From NCBI GenBank assembly GCA_964016885.1, contig OZ024746.1:98456001-98520000 (forward strand): DNA of 64,000 nt, in the 5' to 3' direction. Positions 44,385-56,125 of this stretch are shown piece after piece. The notes below the pieces were generated by a model that was not told the origin of the DNA, made no database searches, and worked only from the letters and a program-made list of their open reading frames with translations. The translations under genes were made by a program, and so were the position numbers. Position 1 is the first letter of the stretch. Each line of letters begins with the position of its first letter. This DNA is from Eledone cirrhosa (taxonomy: Eukaryota).

Positions 44385-45980
44385 GTACCTAAATTAGAAA
44401 TGGCGATTAAAAGATGTGCTGCAACTGACGTGTTAGCTGTGAGGGTGGCACTAGACCAATTCTTTAATGCGAAACACGACAGTTGCATTGTCAGAGCTAA
44501 GGCACGTACTCCGAAACATGAAGGAACTAAAGCTGTTCAATTGGCCCAAATGGTAGAGGGACAGCGTGCAACGAAACAACAATACGGTCTTTGACGGACC
44601 GAAATGGATGCATACTGCTGCTCGATTCCAAGCAGATGTGTGCGACTTTTCAGCGGCACTGTGCAAAACTATTCGAGGCGAGCGGGGTTTCGTAGACGGT
44701 TCCTACTCAATGACAGTTGCGACCCTCAGCAGCTGATGCGAAGTGCTACGAAAAGCCGATAACAGCAGCCAAAATGCGGGAAACCCTATGTGCCAGTACG
44801 GGGCATAAATCGCTCGGTTTGGTTGCTCTTCCTTATGAGTTTTACATAGACATTCAAGACTTGTTTTCCGATTACTTCTAGGGTATCTACTACAACTGGG
44901 AGCAAAAATAAACAACAGTCCATGCAGCAAACTACCAGAAGGTTGGGTTACCAGTTGATGGGCAACCAGAAACAAACCAAATGCCAAGTGCTTACCAATG
45001 TGTCCGAACACGAAGAGCCGAACTCCCACTGTCATTGCCCATCTCCCCCCCCCCCCCCCCCATCTCTCTGTATAGTGAGAAAATGGGGTTCCGCGTGCTG
45101 GCCGCCCCTCAGATCCGGCAGACAGAATGGAGAAAGCGTTTCCCCGGAGAATGGTAAGGGAGATGCGTTGGAAGAGCCATTCCATTTCGCGAGGCTCATA
45201 CCTGCGACTGGCCAGCTCAGCGCCTATGGTGGTATGTAGGAAGGTAGCCCTAGGGCCAAGGACACCAGAAGTCTCCACTGCCAAGAGCACGACCACAAAC
45301 CTGGTAGCAGAACAGAGAATTCCCAGCTCTGTATGTCGGGGTGTAGTATGGCTAATGAGTAAAGACGAGAACGGGCCCCATTTTCTTACATTATGACTGC
45401 ATCACATTAAATCTTAACATCCTGTACCACATACAACCACATTAGCAAGGAATTCTTGAAAAGTATAAGCAACACTGCGAAACACTATCAACTTAAAGGC
45501 GGACGTTATCGATAATTTCTGACCCATAACTCTCCTAATCACAGAGTTTAAGATTTTGGCGAAGATGCTAGCAACGAAGTTGGCGCTTGTCGTCTAAACT
45601 ATTGCAGCGGAAGCGTAAACGTGCACATTCCTGACCAGGTCTATACACAACCTCCATCACATGCGAGACATCATAGAGAGGGTAGGGATTAAACCAGGCT
45701 TCGGTGGGGCTCTGATAAATTTAAATCAATCGACAACTTTTGATAGGGTTGACCATCGATACCTCGAGACTGTCCTCAAAGCAGCCACCTTCTGTCCCGC
45801 CTTCAGTCCCGCCTCCAGAGGCTGGATCCCTGCAATGCACTGCGGTATCGGTCCGGTGGTCTAAGCCATCGGAACCGTTCCAGATCATTTGCTCAAACCG
45901 GCAAAGATGTTCTCTCTCTTCCCTTCTGTACGTAGACTCACAAACCCCTACTGCGGAAGCTGGAGCTGTTGCAGGGCATC
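44385..45980 (+). mobile_element. Degenerate Tx1-like LINE RT fragments interrupted by a CRE fragment
   Basis: NFxPITLL...KILAKxLA and GALINLxQxxxFDRVDHRYL RT motifs at 45510-45780. Confidence 0.6.
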
Positions 45981-46799
45981 TCAATGTTACAGAGTGGGAT
46001 CAAACCCAGGACTTAATGATTACAAATTGAACATCTTAACCATTCATCCATGCTGCAAGCACACTATAGCTCCTATACACACATACACACACCCTCCTAT
46101 ACACGCATACACACACACCCTCCTAAAGTCTTCTTCTTATATTAAGTTACTATCTTAGTAATGAAATAATTAATAATTTTAGTAAATCCCTCATTATTCT
46201 TCATTAATTAATTAAACCAGGGTATATTTCATTAGAAATGTGGTTATGGAAGGGTTAAGTTACTAACTTAATAATGAAATAATTAATAATTTTAGTAAAT
46301 CACACAACATTCTTCATTAATTAAACTAGGGTATATTTCATTAGAAATGCGGTTATGAAAGGGTTGACTGAATATGACAATAAAAAAAAGCATTGAAAAA
46401 GAAATGACTCTGAGTGAAGTCATGCCAGTGTAACTTTGCCACTAAGAAGTCGGCCACATCAACACGAAACTCATCAAATGATTGTCCCTCATTTCATAAA
46501 GGCCCTCTGCTGGAACACCTCTGCACAACATTGGACTTGGCAGAGTTTAATGAGAAAGGACAGCAATATGTTCAACTGTGGCTGAACCACATCTAGCCAA
46601 GCTTTGTAACTGACACTCTTGTGGACACGACAAGAAGAAAAATTTCATAAATACATTGGAAACTTCTATACAGTCACTTGCTCTACTGATTGTAGTAATG
46701 TAATACATTGTACCACTGCATAGTACCTGTTTGAATCTAGGAAGGCTGGACCATTAAAAGTTTAGTTTCTTCATAATAATTGTTAAAGCATACTTTCCT

Positions 46800-47410
46800 C
46801 CGAAGTTCAAGTATCTCGGGGCTGTGTTCACGAGTGATGGAAGGCAGGAGGCTGAATTAATTGCAAGAATTGCAGGAGCTGGTGCAGTAATGCGCCAGTT
46901 TCGGCATTCAGTAATCAGAAGAATGACGGTACGTGTAAAAGCCAAACTCCCTGTCTTCAATTTGGTTTTCGTGCCAACCCTTACCTATAGTCATCAATCT
47001 TGGGTAATGACTGAAAGAAGACGAACAGGAATACAAGTGGCCAAAATGGGATTCCTCTAAAGGGTCTTTGGAGTAAAGTTACTTGATAAAGTGCATAGCT
47101 CAGAGATGAGAGAGTAACTCCAAGTAGAGCCACTACTTCTCCGAATTGAGAGATAACAGCTCTATGGGAATGTAGTTAGAATGTCTCAGGAAAGAATCAC
47201 TGGACAGATTTTATAGGCAAAACCAACTGGCAGGAGACCCAGGGGTAGACCCCGAGCAAGATGGATAACAGCCATGAGCTTGGCTGGTCATGTCTGGAAA
47301 TCTAGCTGGATCAGTTAGAAATGGTTGCTTCTGACAGGACCTGCTGGAAGGAGTGTTTGAGGACTCTGCTCCCATGACCCCCTCAGGAATAAGTGGGTGA
47401 CGAAGAAGAA
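46800..47410 (+). mobile_element. RTE (Expander/Rex3-like) LINE 3' fragment
   Basis: KFKYLG..FTSDGR, FVPTLTY..WVMTER; GAA tail. Confidence 0.8.
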
Positions 47411-47962
47411 AAGATATATATATATATAGTGTATGTATATATACAGGTTGTGAGTTCAATTCTCAGACTGAGTGATGTGTTGTTTCCTTGAGCAAGACAC
47501 TTTATTTCACATGGCTCCAGTTTACTCAGCTGTAGAAATGAGATGATAGGGACTGGGGTCCCTATCATTCCACTGCAAAGTGGTCGTGGAGGTGCCATGG
47601 CAAAAAAGCACCCAGCACTCACTGTAAAATGAGGTTGGTGTTAGGAAGGGCATCCAGCTGTAGAAATCAAGCCAGAATCAGTTCCTGTATGAGCAAGGCA
47701 TGGTCAGCCGACCAGACACTGCCCACAACAGGACAACCCGCCTAACCCATGCTAGCTTGGAAGAACAGACGTAAAACGGTGATGATGATGATAATTGAAT
47801 ATAAAAGAGAGATAAACACAGATATATACATATATGTGTTCAAATCGTAAGGGACCGGATTCGCTAAGGTGAAAAAAATACTATGGTCAATAGGATTTGC
47901 CAGACTCAATTTAAGAATAAATCAAGAAAATAAATACAAACCGGAATTGTGGTAACTACCAA

Positions 47963-48043
47963 TCACCCAGACAGCGTTTGGCTATGCTGTTTTGCAAAAT
48001 TAATTGTGAAGAGGAATACCGATTCTTGCTCATCAGTGGGTGA
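47963..48043 (-). ncRNA. Type I hammerhead ribozyme fold with a G12-to-A core change
   Basis: Minus strand: UCACCCA-CUGAUGA-GCAAGA..UUUUGC-AAAA-CAGC..GCUG-UC-UGGGUGA; all three stems are present. Confidence 0.7.
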
Positions 48044-48569
48044 AAAATTAGTAAGCTCCTCACTTCTAAGTATATCAGAAAACTGAATAGTGTGCATATA
48101 TATTATAACGCACATGGTATCAGAACTTAGCGTGTCTCACAAGCTCACACCACTAAAAATAGCAGCCAAGTTTACTCGACATTTAAATTAGCTTAACAAA
48201 TTAACGGAGCTGAATATATCAAAGGTATATATTGAGTTAGAAACTCAAAATAGTCTCTTACAATAAAATAGCTCTAGGAAAGAGATTTTTCCGAGCCGTA
48301 TATTATAATTGAATATAAAAGATATATATATATATTAGAGGCATTATATATGAATTACAAATATTATTTTTCTGAACCTTCTAACCTCTTCTTTCTCTTA
48401 ACTTTACTCTTTCTGATGAAGGACTAATGTCTAATATGTTGAAACATTCCTTTTCCTTTTCCAATTAGTGTGAAACTAATAAGATGATGTGTAATTGTAT
48501 TTCTGTCTTTGTTTTTTTATCCAGAACTATATATCTTCATATTTATCTATACAGGGTTGCGATACAATT

Positions 48570-48878
48570 ATGAAGCTTACAAGACAACTTATACAATTCC
48601 GTTGTCCAATGTCCTGTCAAAGACTTCTGCAGCAGTATTCCTCACCTCAGTACCAAATTCCTCTGAGAGCTTCAGTGACACAGAGGCACACCAACTCCTT
48701 AGCAACCCATGACTCATCATCATTACTAAATCAAGCAAACCATAAAATATGTCCTCAAAATTCCTGTCAAATCTCTGCCTTGTCCACACTAGAATGTCAG
48801 AATATCTTCCGAAGCCCATTTTTTAAATATCGCCATTATTCAACACAGAAACCAAAAGATAATTTTTCCTTAGAATAA
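48570..48878 (+). CDS. 102-aa ORF in candidate exon 48555-48881, mitochondrial-presequence-like (uORF or alternative MRM1 first exon)
   Basis: Acceptor tatacag| at 48554, ATG 48570, non-repetitive sequence rich in S/Q/L/R with few acidic residues, RHY|ST motif, stop at 48876-78, strong donor acg|gtgagt at 48882. Confidence 0.5.
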   Translation: MKLTRQLIQFRCPMSCQRLLQQYSSPQYQIPLRASVTQRHTNSLATHDSSSLLNQANHKICPQNSCQISALSTLECQNIFRSPFFKYRHYSTQKPKDNFSLE

Positions 48879-49186
48879 ACGGTGAGTTAAATTTACATTT
48901 GTAACTCATAATTTACACAGTTTGTCCATGGGACACAGCCCTAACTCTGCCCCACCCTCGGGCCAGAGCCTATCACCCTCCACCATTCCCCTTTCCTTTC
49001 TTCTGTGGCCCAACAGTCCTTGCTTTTCCTCCTCCTTTTCCTCTCATTTATGACATTTATAGTCCTTTCCTCTACTTTTCCATACAACCAGATCCGTTCT
49101 TCTTTACCCCTTCTCCTTTTTTCTCATTACTTAATTTTGTTTTTATCTTTCTTTTTCAGATTTCTTTAATTATCAATGGTTATTAA

Positions 49187-49394
49187 CCCTTTAGCATTTA
49201 AACTGACCATATCCAGCCAGAATTCTCTCACCTCTTTCTGTTCAAACCAGTCATAACTGGCTGCTCATACTGACATTAAGGTATTGTTCTCAAAATATAT
49301 AATATCAAAATCTTGTAGATTCAATATTATGTGAGATAAAGCTTTTTGTGTGAAAATACAATAGTAAATCTAGAGTAATGTAAATGCTAAGGGG
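49187..49394. mobile_element. piggyBac-like MITE (also 59732-59925 and 60453-61102, the latter split by SINE B)
   Basis: TTAA-CCCTTTAGCATTT...AAATGCTAAGGGG-TTAA. Confidence 0.8.
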
Positions 49395-49532
49395 TTAAGA
49401 TAAACTGTTTACTGTAAATCTAGAGTAATGTAAATGCTAAGGGGTTAAGATAAACTGTTTACTGTAAATCTAGAGTAATGTAAATGCTAAGGGGTTAAGA
49501 TAAACTGTTTACTGTAAATGCTAAGGGGTTAA
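49364..49532. repeat. 50-bp tandem repeat (~3.4 copies) of a MITE right end plus flank
   Basis: AAATGCTAAGGGGTTAA recurs four times. Confidence 0.9.
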
Positions 49533-49781
49533 GCCAACTTTGTGAGAGAAACACATGTATTGAGAATAAACATTTATTTGTAATATTTAAAAAAAATGTA
49601 CATATTGTCTGTGTTGTTGTTTTGTCCCAAATCAGCTCTTTCGGTTATTTATCAAATATTTCTTCATAGGAGCCTTTATTCTTATAGCCTGGTCTAATTG
49701 ATTTTGTATATGGTTAATTATGCTAATTGGGAGAGGAAATGGTATGTATTTTATCTAATAATTGTAAGGACATGATTTATG

Positions 49782-49814
<33 letters not shown>

Positions 49815-50785
49815 CTATTAGCCGCTAAAGGGTTCTCCCTAAAAATGAAAGGCAGGTTGTACGATGCCTGCATACGAACAGCAATGTTGCATGGCAGTGA
49901 GACCTGGGCATTGTGTGCAGAGGATATACGCAGACTAGAGAGGAACGAAGCTTGCATGCTCCGCTGGATGTGTAATAGTAATATACGTGAACGGCAAAGC
50001 ATAAACGAACTAAGGAAAAAATTAAAAATAAGAGGGATCAGATGTTGTTTACTCAAGAGAAGGCTACGTTGGTATGGTCACGTGATGCGCATGAAGGACG
50101 ATAGCTGTATAATGCAGGGCAATAAAGATAGACGGTAGCCACGGAATAGGCAGACCCAGAAAAACCTGGGACGAGCTGATAAATTCCGACCTCACACACT
50201 TACACCTCACCAAGACAATGTCACTGGACCGAGACCTTTGGCGGTACTCAGTAATAGAGAAGACCCGCCTTACCTAAATACAAAGTAAAACCTACTACAG
50301 TCAGTAGGCATCTCTAACAAAATACACCCCCGTCCCACCACCCCCACCCCATCCACACCGCCCCTTTCACTGTAAAGTTATGTTGGTGCCACAAAATCCA
50401 GGCCGAAACAAATGAGATCGTGTAGTGTCACGTCAAAAAACACACAGTTCACGCTGTAATGTGGCCGTGTAGGCAACACGGTAGAAATCTCCCAGACCCA
50501 CACTGTAAATGTGGTTGGTGTTAGGAAGGGCCTCCAGCTGTAGAAAACCCGCCAGACAGTCCACGCTGTAATGTGGCCGTGTAGGCAACACGGTAAAAAC
50601 CTCCCAGTCCCACACTGTAAATGTGGTTGGTGTTAGGAAGGGCATCCAGCTGTAGAAAACCCGCCAGATAGTCCTATGCGAGCAAGATAATCACTCTTGC
50701 CTCAAGTGGGAAAACCCCCGTCCAAACCCATGCAAGCGTGGAACACGGACGTTAAACGTTGATGATGATGATGATGATGATGATA
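49815..50785 (+). mobile_element. RTE-clade LINE 3' fragment with long 3'UTR and (GAT)n tail
   Basis: KGRLYDACIRTAMLHGSETW...MLRWM...RRLRWYGHVMR. Confidence 0.85.
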
Positions 50786-52405
50786 TATATATTCGGATCT
50801 AGTAACTCTATGCTGCAAAGCATGGCCTCCGATCCTCTATCAAGACTGCCAGGTGCTCTACAACTCATGAAAGGTGTATATATATATAGTACATAGAATA
50901 ATTGTTTCTACTTTTGGCACAAGGCCAGCAATTACCCAGTGCATTACTGGTACTTTATTTTATCGACCCCGTAAGGATGAAAGGCAAAGTTAACCTCGGC
51001 GGGATTTGAACTCAGAATGGCAAGGGCCGTAACTCTATGCATCAAAGCATGGCATCCAACCCTCTACCGATACTGCCAATTCACCGCCCTTAGTACATAG
51101 AATAATGTACAAAAGTCAGGAAAGTGAACAGTGTCTGAGTCATGATACACACACATATGTATGGAGAGGGAATATCAGGTGTAGTGTTGGCGAATTTCAG
51201 CAAGCATGGTAGTTTTAAAGAATGCAGTGTCCCAACAACTGATGTAGGTAGTTTGTTTCTGCTTCAGCAACTCTGAGCAGGAAAAATGTTTTCCGAAAGT
51301 CATGGGAGCTGTACTGTTTTCTGATTCTGTAAGCATGTCCATTATATTCATTCTCACAGCCAAAAAATAATTTACAGTAAAATATCGACTAATTTATTAA
51401 TTTATTCGACTTAGTCTCCCTCGAGCAATTCATTAGTCCAAAACGTTAGTTAAAATGACACAAGATTTCCCGAGTTATTTCCCTTGCATTATTTAGCGGT
51501 TGATTGGCAGTATTGGTTGAGGGTCGGACACCATGCTTTGCAGCATAGAGTTACGGCCCTTTACGGTCTAAGTTCAAATCCCGCCGAGGTTAACTTTGCC
51601 TTTCATCTTTACCGCGTCGATAAAATAAAGTACCAGTAATGCACTGGCGTAATTACTGGCCTTGTGCGAAAAGTAGAAACAATTATGTAGCAGTTGTTTC
51701 CCTTCCGCCAGTCGGTAGTTTTGTTTAAATATAATGGGGAATATTATTGCCGTAACACCGGTAAAGCCGACTTTGGCAACAACATTCAATGCCATTCAAA
51801 CATTTGAGCTAACTGAAGTGATTTCCAGGTTCACATATTTTCCTTTGATATACTACTGAAAAATAGAAGCAGAATGAAAACATTGCTATTTTTACTTTCT
51901 ATTACTTGTACGTCTTTAAAGCACGTGTTATATCCCTCACCATTTTAGAAGCCTTCACTTCCATAAGTCACATTTTCTTTATTCTTTCTTCATTTGAAAA
52001 AAAAATTTGTTTGTTTGTGTTGTGTTTATGTTTTTACACACTCAGCTAGAACGTCGGATAGAATGATTTATGGTATTCGTTCAGGCTGTCTACTCTCGGA
52101 GTTCAAATCCCACAGAGGTCAACTTTGCCTTTCATCCTTTCGAGGTCGATAAAAAAACGTTCCAGTCTTCTATATCTCTTTCTTATTTCCTCTCTCTCTC
52201 ACACTTTCTATCTTTCTCTTGAAGAAATCTGGTTTACTCAGGCCTGGAGAGGGTCGGGGTCCGCCAATATGTCAATACGACGCCCCTACGACTCTACCAG
52301 GACTTATGAGGGAGGGGGGCACTCAATCATGAACAAACGTAGAAGTCTTTAAACTATCGCTCGATTAACTAGGAATAACAGAAATCGGCACTTTTACTTT
52401 TCCAG

Positions 52406-52442
52406 GGATATCATTGCCTGTTGATCTCCTTCGGAGAAAATG
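52406..52442 (+). other. Candidate 37-nt 5'UTR exon of MRM1
   Basis: Strong acceptor cttttacttttccag| and donor atg|gtaata, in unique sequence 730 bp upstream of the MRM1 start exon. Confidence 0.45.
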
Positions 52443-52559
52443 GTAATATCTCGTCCGATTCACTTTATACACATGTTAGGATGACGATTAATGTTCCGTG
52501 TGTGTGAGAGAGAGAGAGACAATGCGAAGTGATTCCGCCAAATCGGACGAGATAATTTC

Positions 52560-52620
52560 AACTTATTTAAACGAAATCTATTATCACTCATACCCGGAAA
52601 CTGAAGAAAACCTTGGTAAC
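52560..52620 (+). promoter_or_regulatory. Candidate proximal promoter / short first exon of MRM1
   Basis: CpG-containing unique patch, ETS-like CCGGAA at 52594, possible donor ttg|gtaacg at 52616. Confidence 0.25.
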
Positions 52621-53204
52621 GAAAAAGTGCGACCAAATCTCCCTCAAATTATTGTACGCATTGGATAGTATAGTCCAAGATAGATTGTGCCCGAATAAAA
52701 TGGCTGGTTTGAACCAAACAACAACGAAGACACAAAAGTAACGAGTATCTACATCATTTATACTGTGTCTGGTCAACCTGAGTGTCTGTAAGAGGTTGAT
52801 AAAATATAATTGTTTCTACTTTAGGCACAAGGCCAGCAATTATCCAGTGCATTACTGGTACTTTATTTTATCGACCCCGTAAGGATGAAAGGCAAAGTCA
52901 ACCTCGGCGGGATTTGAACTCAGATCGTAAAGGGACGTAACTATGCTGAAAAGCATGGCGTCCGACTCTCTACCGATACTGCCAATCCACCGTCGTTGAT
53001 AAAATATAATACCAGTAAAATACTTAGGTCAATATGATCGACTTCCCCTTCCCTTTAAATTGCTAACCTTGTGCCAATCTTAAAACTAATTATCGTTCTT
53101 GCTGACTCTGATTCTCATCAGAGTAATCCATATAATTAACCCAGTCAAATTTCTTTTGTTATGATTTGCAGGAAAATATTTAAACAGCAGAACTTCTCAA
53201 CAAG

Positions 53205-53407
53205 ATGCCCTACCACTTGTCACTTCATCTTGTCCGTTGTTGTCATCTTGCTGCAGAGAAAAATACGAATTTTTTCCATTTAAAGCAAAGACATTTGCTG
53301 CTTACCCAAGTAAAAACTGTGATATTTTCTTCAAACTTTTCTACCAAGCCTTCCTTACCTGACTACAACTATAACCTTCCAGGAGCAGGAAAACGCAGCA
53401 AGAAACG
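53205..53407 (+). CDS. MRM1: MRM1 first coding exon (N-terminal presequence-like region); exon begins at acceptor 53172
   Basis: Acceptor ttgcag|G at 53171/2; in-frame TAA upstream of ATG 53205; MPYHLSLHLVRCCH...NFSTKP...KRSKK; donor cg|gtaata at 53408 is phase 2 and matches the next exon. Confidence 0.7.
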
Positions 53408-53449
53408 GTAATATGCCTCGTTTTGTGTAATTTCTTTTGTCTTTATATA

Positions 53450-54036
53450 CTAGCGTTAAAGCCCGGCGTTGCTTGGGGTCAGTAAGTTACCAAAGTTAGG
53501 TTGCACCACCCATTTTATGGCAGCACTTTTTTGTCTGCCAGGCACTGGGTGAATGAATTGCAAACCTGGACTGCCGAAGCAGGAGCTGCGCCAGCAGTGA
53601 CAATTGTAGTTTTGCCTATTGATATTATCTCTGTGCAAAGAAATGTTGAAATTTATTGTTTCACAGTACTTGCGCAACACGCACGTAGACGATGCCAGCC
53701 GAACAACAGAGCTGCGATGGAGTTGTTCTGCATGGTTGTCTAATGTGTGTTTTCTAAATTTAAAACAGTAGGGAGGGGTGAGATATGGGGGAGAGTTAGC
53801 TGCTGTTTCTAGCAGGTTTAGTGACCCCATAGAGTATATTATTGTGTATAGTAAATAAACTGATACTTTCTTCCACGTTTGTTGAGAGATGTTTTAAAAA
53901 AGATTTATCGCTGTTTTTTTGTTGTTGAATAAATTTATCTGTTGCTTTTGAATAATTGTTGTTTCGTATGAAATGTAATAAGTTCTCTTTGTCATTGGAG
54001 TAAATAAATGTTTGACCGTTCCACACTCAAAAACAA

Positions 54037-54100
<64 letters not shown>

Positions 54101-54320
54101 CTTTGGCGTTCCTAAAGGAAGTTTGTAAGTTTAAGCGTATATAAGAGGAAATCAGATTGTATTAGAGGGGTAAAGCGTCATGTATTTAGTTTTATCGATT
54201 ATTTCCTTAATTGTGGGTGAGTTTGAAATAAATAAATAGTCATTGACCTAAGTTAGACCATTTACAACATTCTTACAGAATCGGTTTGAAATTGTGCAAA
54301 TGTATAAACATGGAACATGT

Positions 54321-54370
<50 letters not shown>

Positions 54371-54383
54371 TGCTTTTTATAGA
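53450..54383 (-). mobile_element. Non-autonomous Helitron in the MRM1 intron
   Basis: Minus strand: TCTATAAAAAGC start; CCCAAGCAACGCCGGG...CTAG end. Confidence 0.75.
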
Positions 54384-54539
54384 TAATGATGATATATATT
54401 GTTATACTTTGGGAGGGTCATGCTGGCAATAAAAACACACACACTTGTTGGTTTCACTTCAATTTATTATAAATTTCCGGTTGGTTGATTCAATAATCGG
54501 ATGGTTGTTTATATATTGTCAAAGCTCTTTCATCACACA

Positions 54540-54946
54540 TTCTGTGACCTCCTCAATGACTGATTTCTTATTCTGTGTCCCTCCATTGTTCTGTCCTACA
54601 CCATCTTGTTTTTGTTTTTATTGGCAGCGTGACCCCCCCCCCCCCCCCCCCCCCCCCAAAGCATAACAATATCAGTTTTAACACACATTTTCAGATAAGA
54701 AATCTTGCAAAACAAATTCAAAATCAGAGATGTCAACATGAATGGACCTGTTATTTTTATCTAAAGACATTTTTTCCAATTCCATCCCGCCTGTCCCCTC
54801 AATCTATTTTATTTCTCGTTCTTTCTTCTGATGAAGGACTAGCGTCCGAAACGTTAAGACCCTCTTCCTGCTATATCAAATGTTAACCTAATATATCCCT
54901 TCCATATACTGTACTGATTGTGTTGTTATTTCTGTTTACCTTTTAC

Positions 54947-54947
<1 letters not shown>
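54540..54947 (+). mobile_element. Penelope-type terminal repeat with minimal hammerhead motif (second copy 35040-35355)
   Basis: Two similar copies; CTGATGAAGGACTAGCGTCCGAAACGTT at 54828-54855. Confidence 0.65.
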
Positions 54948-54996
<49 letters not shown>

Positions 54997-55890
54997 CTCT
55001 GTATTATATATAGAACACTCTTTTATCCTTTACCTTTTCCACAGAAATATTTAACACACATATGTATATATATATATATGTGTGTGTGTGTATATATATA
55101 TATCAATGTATGTATAGTATATTTGGCAATATACCGTGTGTTTAATTACAAACATTTAGAAGACCATACACTATCGGTTTTAAAGTAGTGACTATGTCAC
55201 TTCTTTTCGGTGAAAGAAGGGAGAGGAGCTGGCAGTCTGTTTCACGCTGGTTGGCAATTATCAGCACCCCTGCTTCTGCTGAAAATTATAGAAGCTGGAT
55301 TCTTATAGAATTCCAGTAATAATCGGGAGCTGATTATACAGAGCGATTGCCGGTCCAGCAAAAATTAGGTATTAGGATTGGTGCTCTCAAATAGCAATAA
55401 GGTTTCGTACATTTAACATATATGTATGACCATTGGTTTCGGGGTCCAGTTATGGCCACCACTGTATATTGGAGGAGGCACCTTTAAACTGGTATATTCA
55501 GGCATGTAGACAGGCAGTTTATATTAAGCTCTCTTGCAACAGATTGAGCACTGTTTTCCTTGATCTTTCATCTACGAATTTCTATATATGTATATCACTG
55601 TAAAGTGATGGTGGAGGTGTCACGACAAAAAGCATCCAGCCCACACTATAAAGTGGTTGTGTAGGCGCCACGGTAAAAAAGCACCCAGTACTCACTGTAA
55701 ATGAGGTTGGTGTTAGGAAGGGCATCCAGCTGTAGAAATCAAGCCTCAATCAATTCCCGTCCCACCCTTGCAAGCAGGGAAAAGCGGACGTAAAATGATG
55801 ATGATGATGATTAATGTACACATATTTTTTAGTAGAGTACCATTAAGTATTTTTCTTAATAAATAGTAGGGTATTTATTTTGTTTTCCAG

Positions 55891-56125
55891 AACATATATC
55901 CAGAATGAAAGAATTATAGGCGAGATTTTGTTTGGAATTCATCCTGTTCTCCTTGCTTTGAAGAAGAAGAGCCGTGCCTGTCACAAACTTTTTGTACAAA
56001 AAACTTCAGATCAACGGTCCAAATTGTTGCAGCAGATTATCTCCCTTTGTGTTGAACGCAACCTCACAGTGAATGCTATTCACAAACATGAACTTGATAA
56101 ATTGTCTGGTTCAAGGCCTCACCAG
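55891..56125 (+). CDS. MRM1: MRM1 exon: SpoU substrate-binding N-terminal domain
   Basis: ttttccag|a phase-2 acceptor; encodes EILFGIHPVLLAL...LFVQ...LDKLSGSRPHQ, typical of MRM1/RlmB; donor cag|gtaaac (phase 0). Confidence 0.92.

Noticed and set aside
52390-52560. U3 snoRNA resemblance (TACTTTTCCAGGGATATCATT)
   Set aside because: No convincing B/C/D boxes; better explained as a 3' splice site.
48876-53204. A-to-I editing read-through fusing the 102-aa ORF to MRM1 via 53172
   Set aside because: It would need both adenosines of two separate TAA codons edited; no evidence for this in the sequence.
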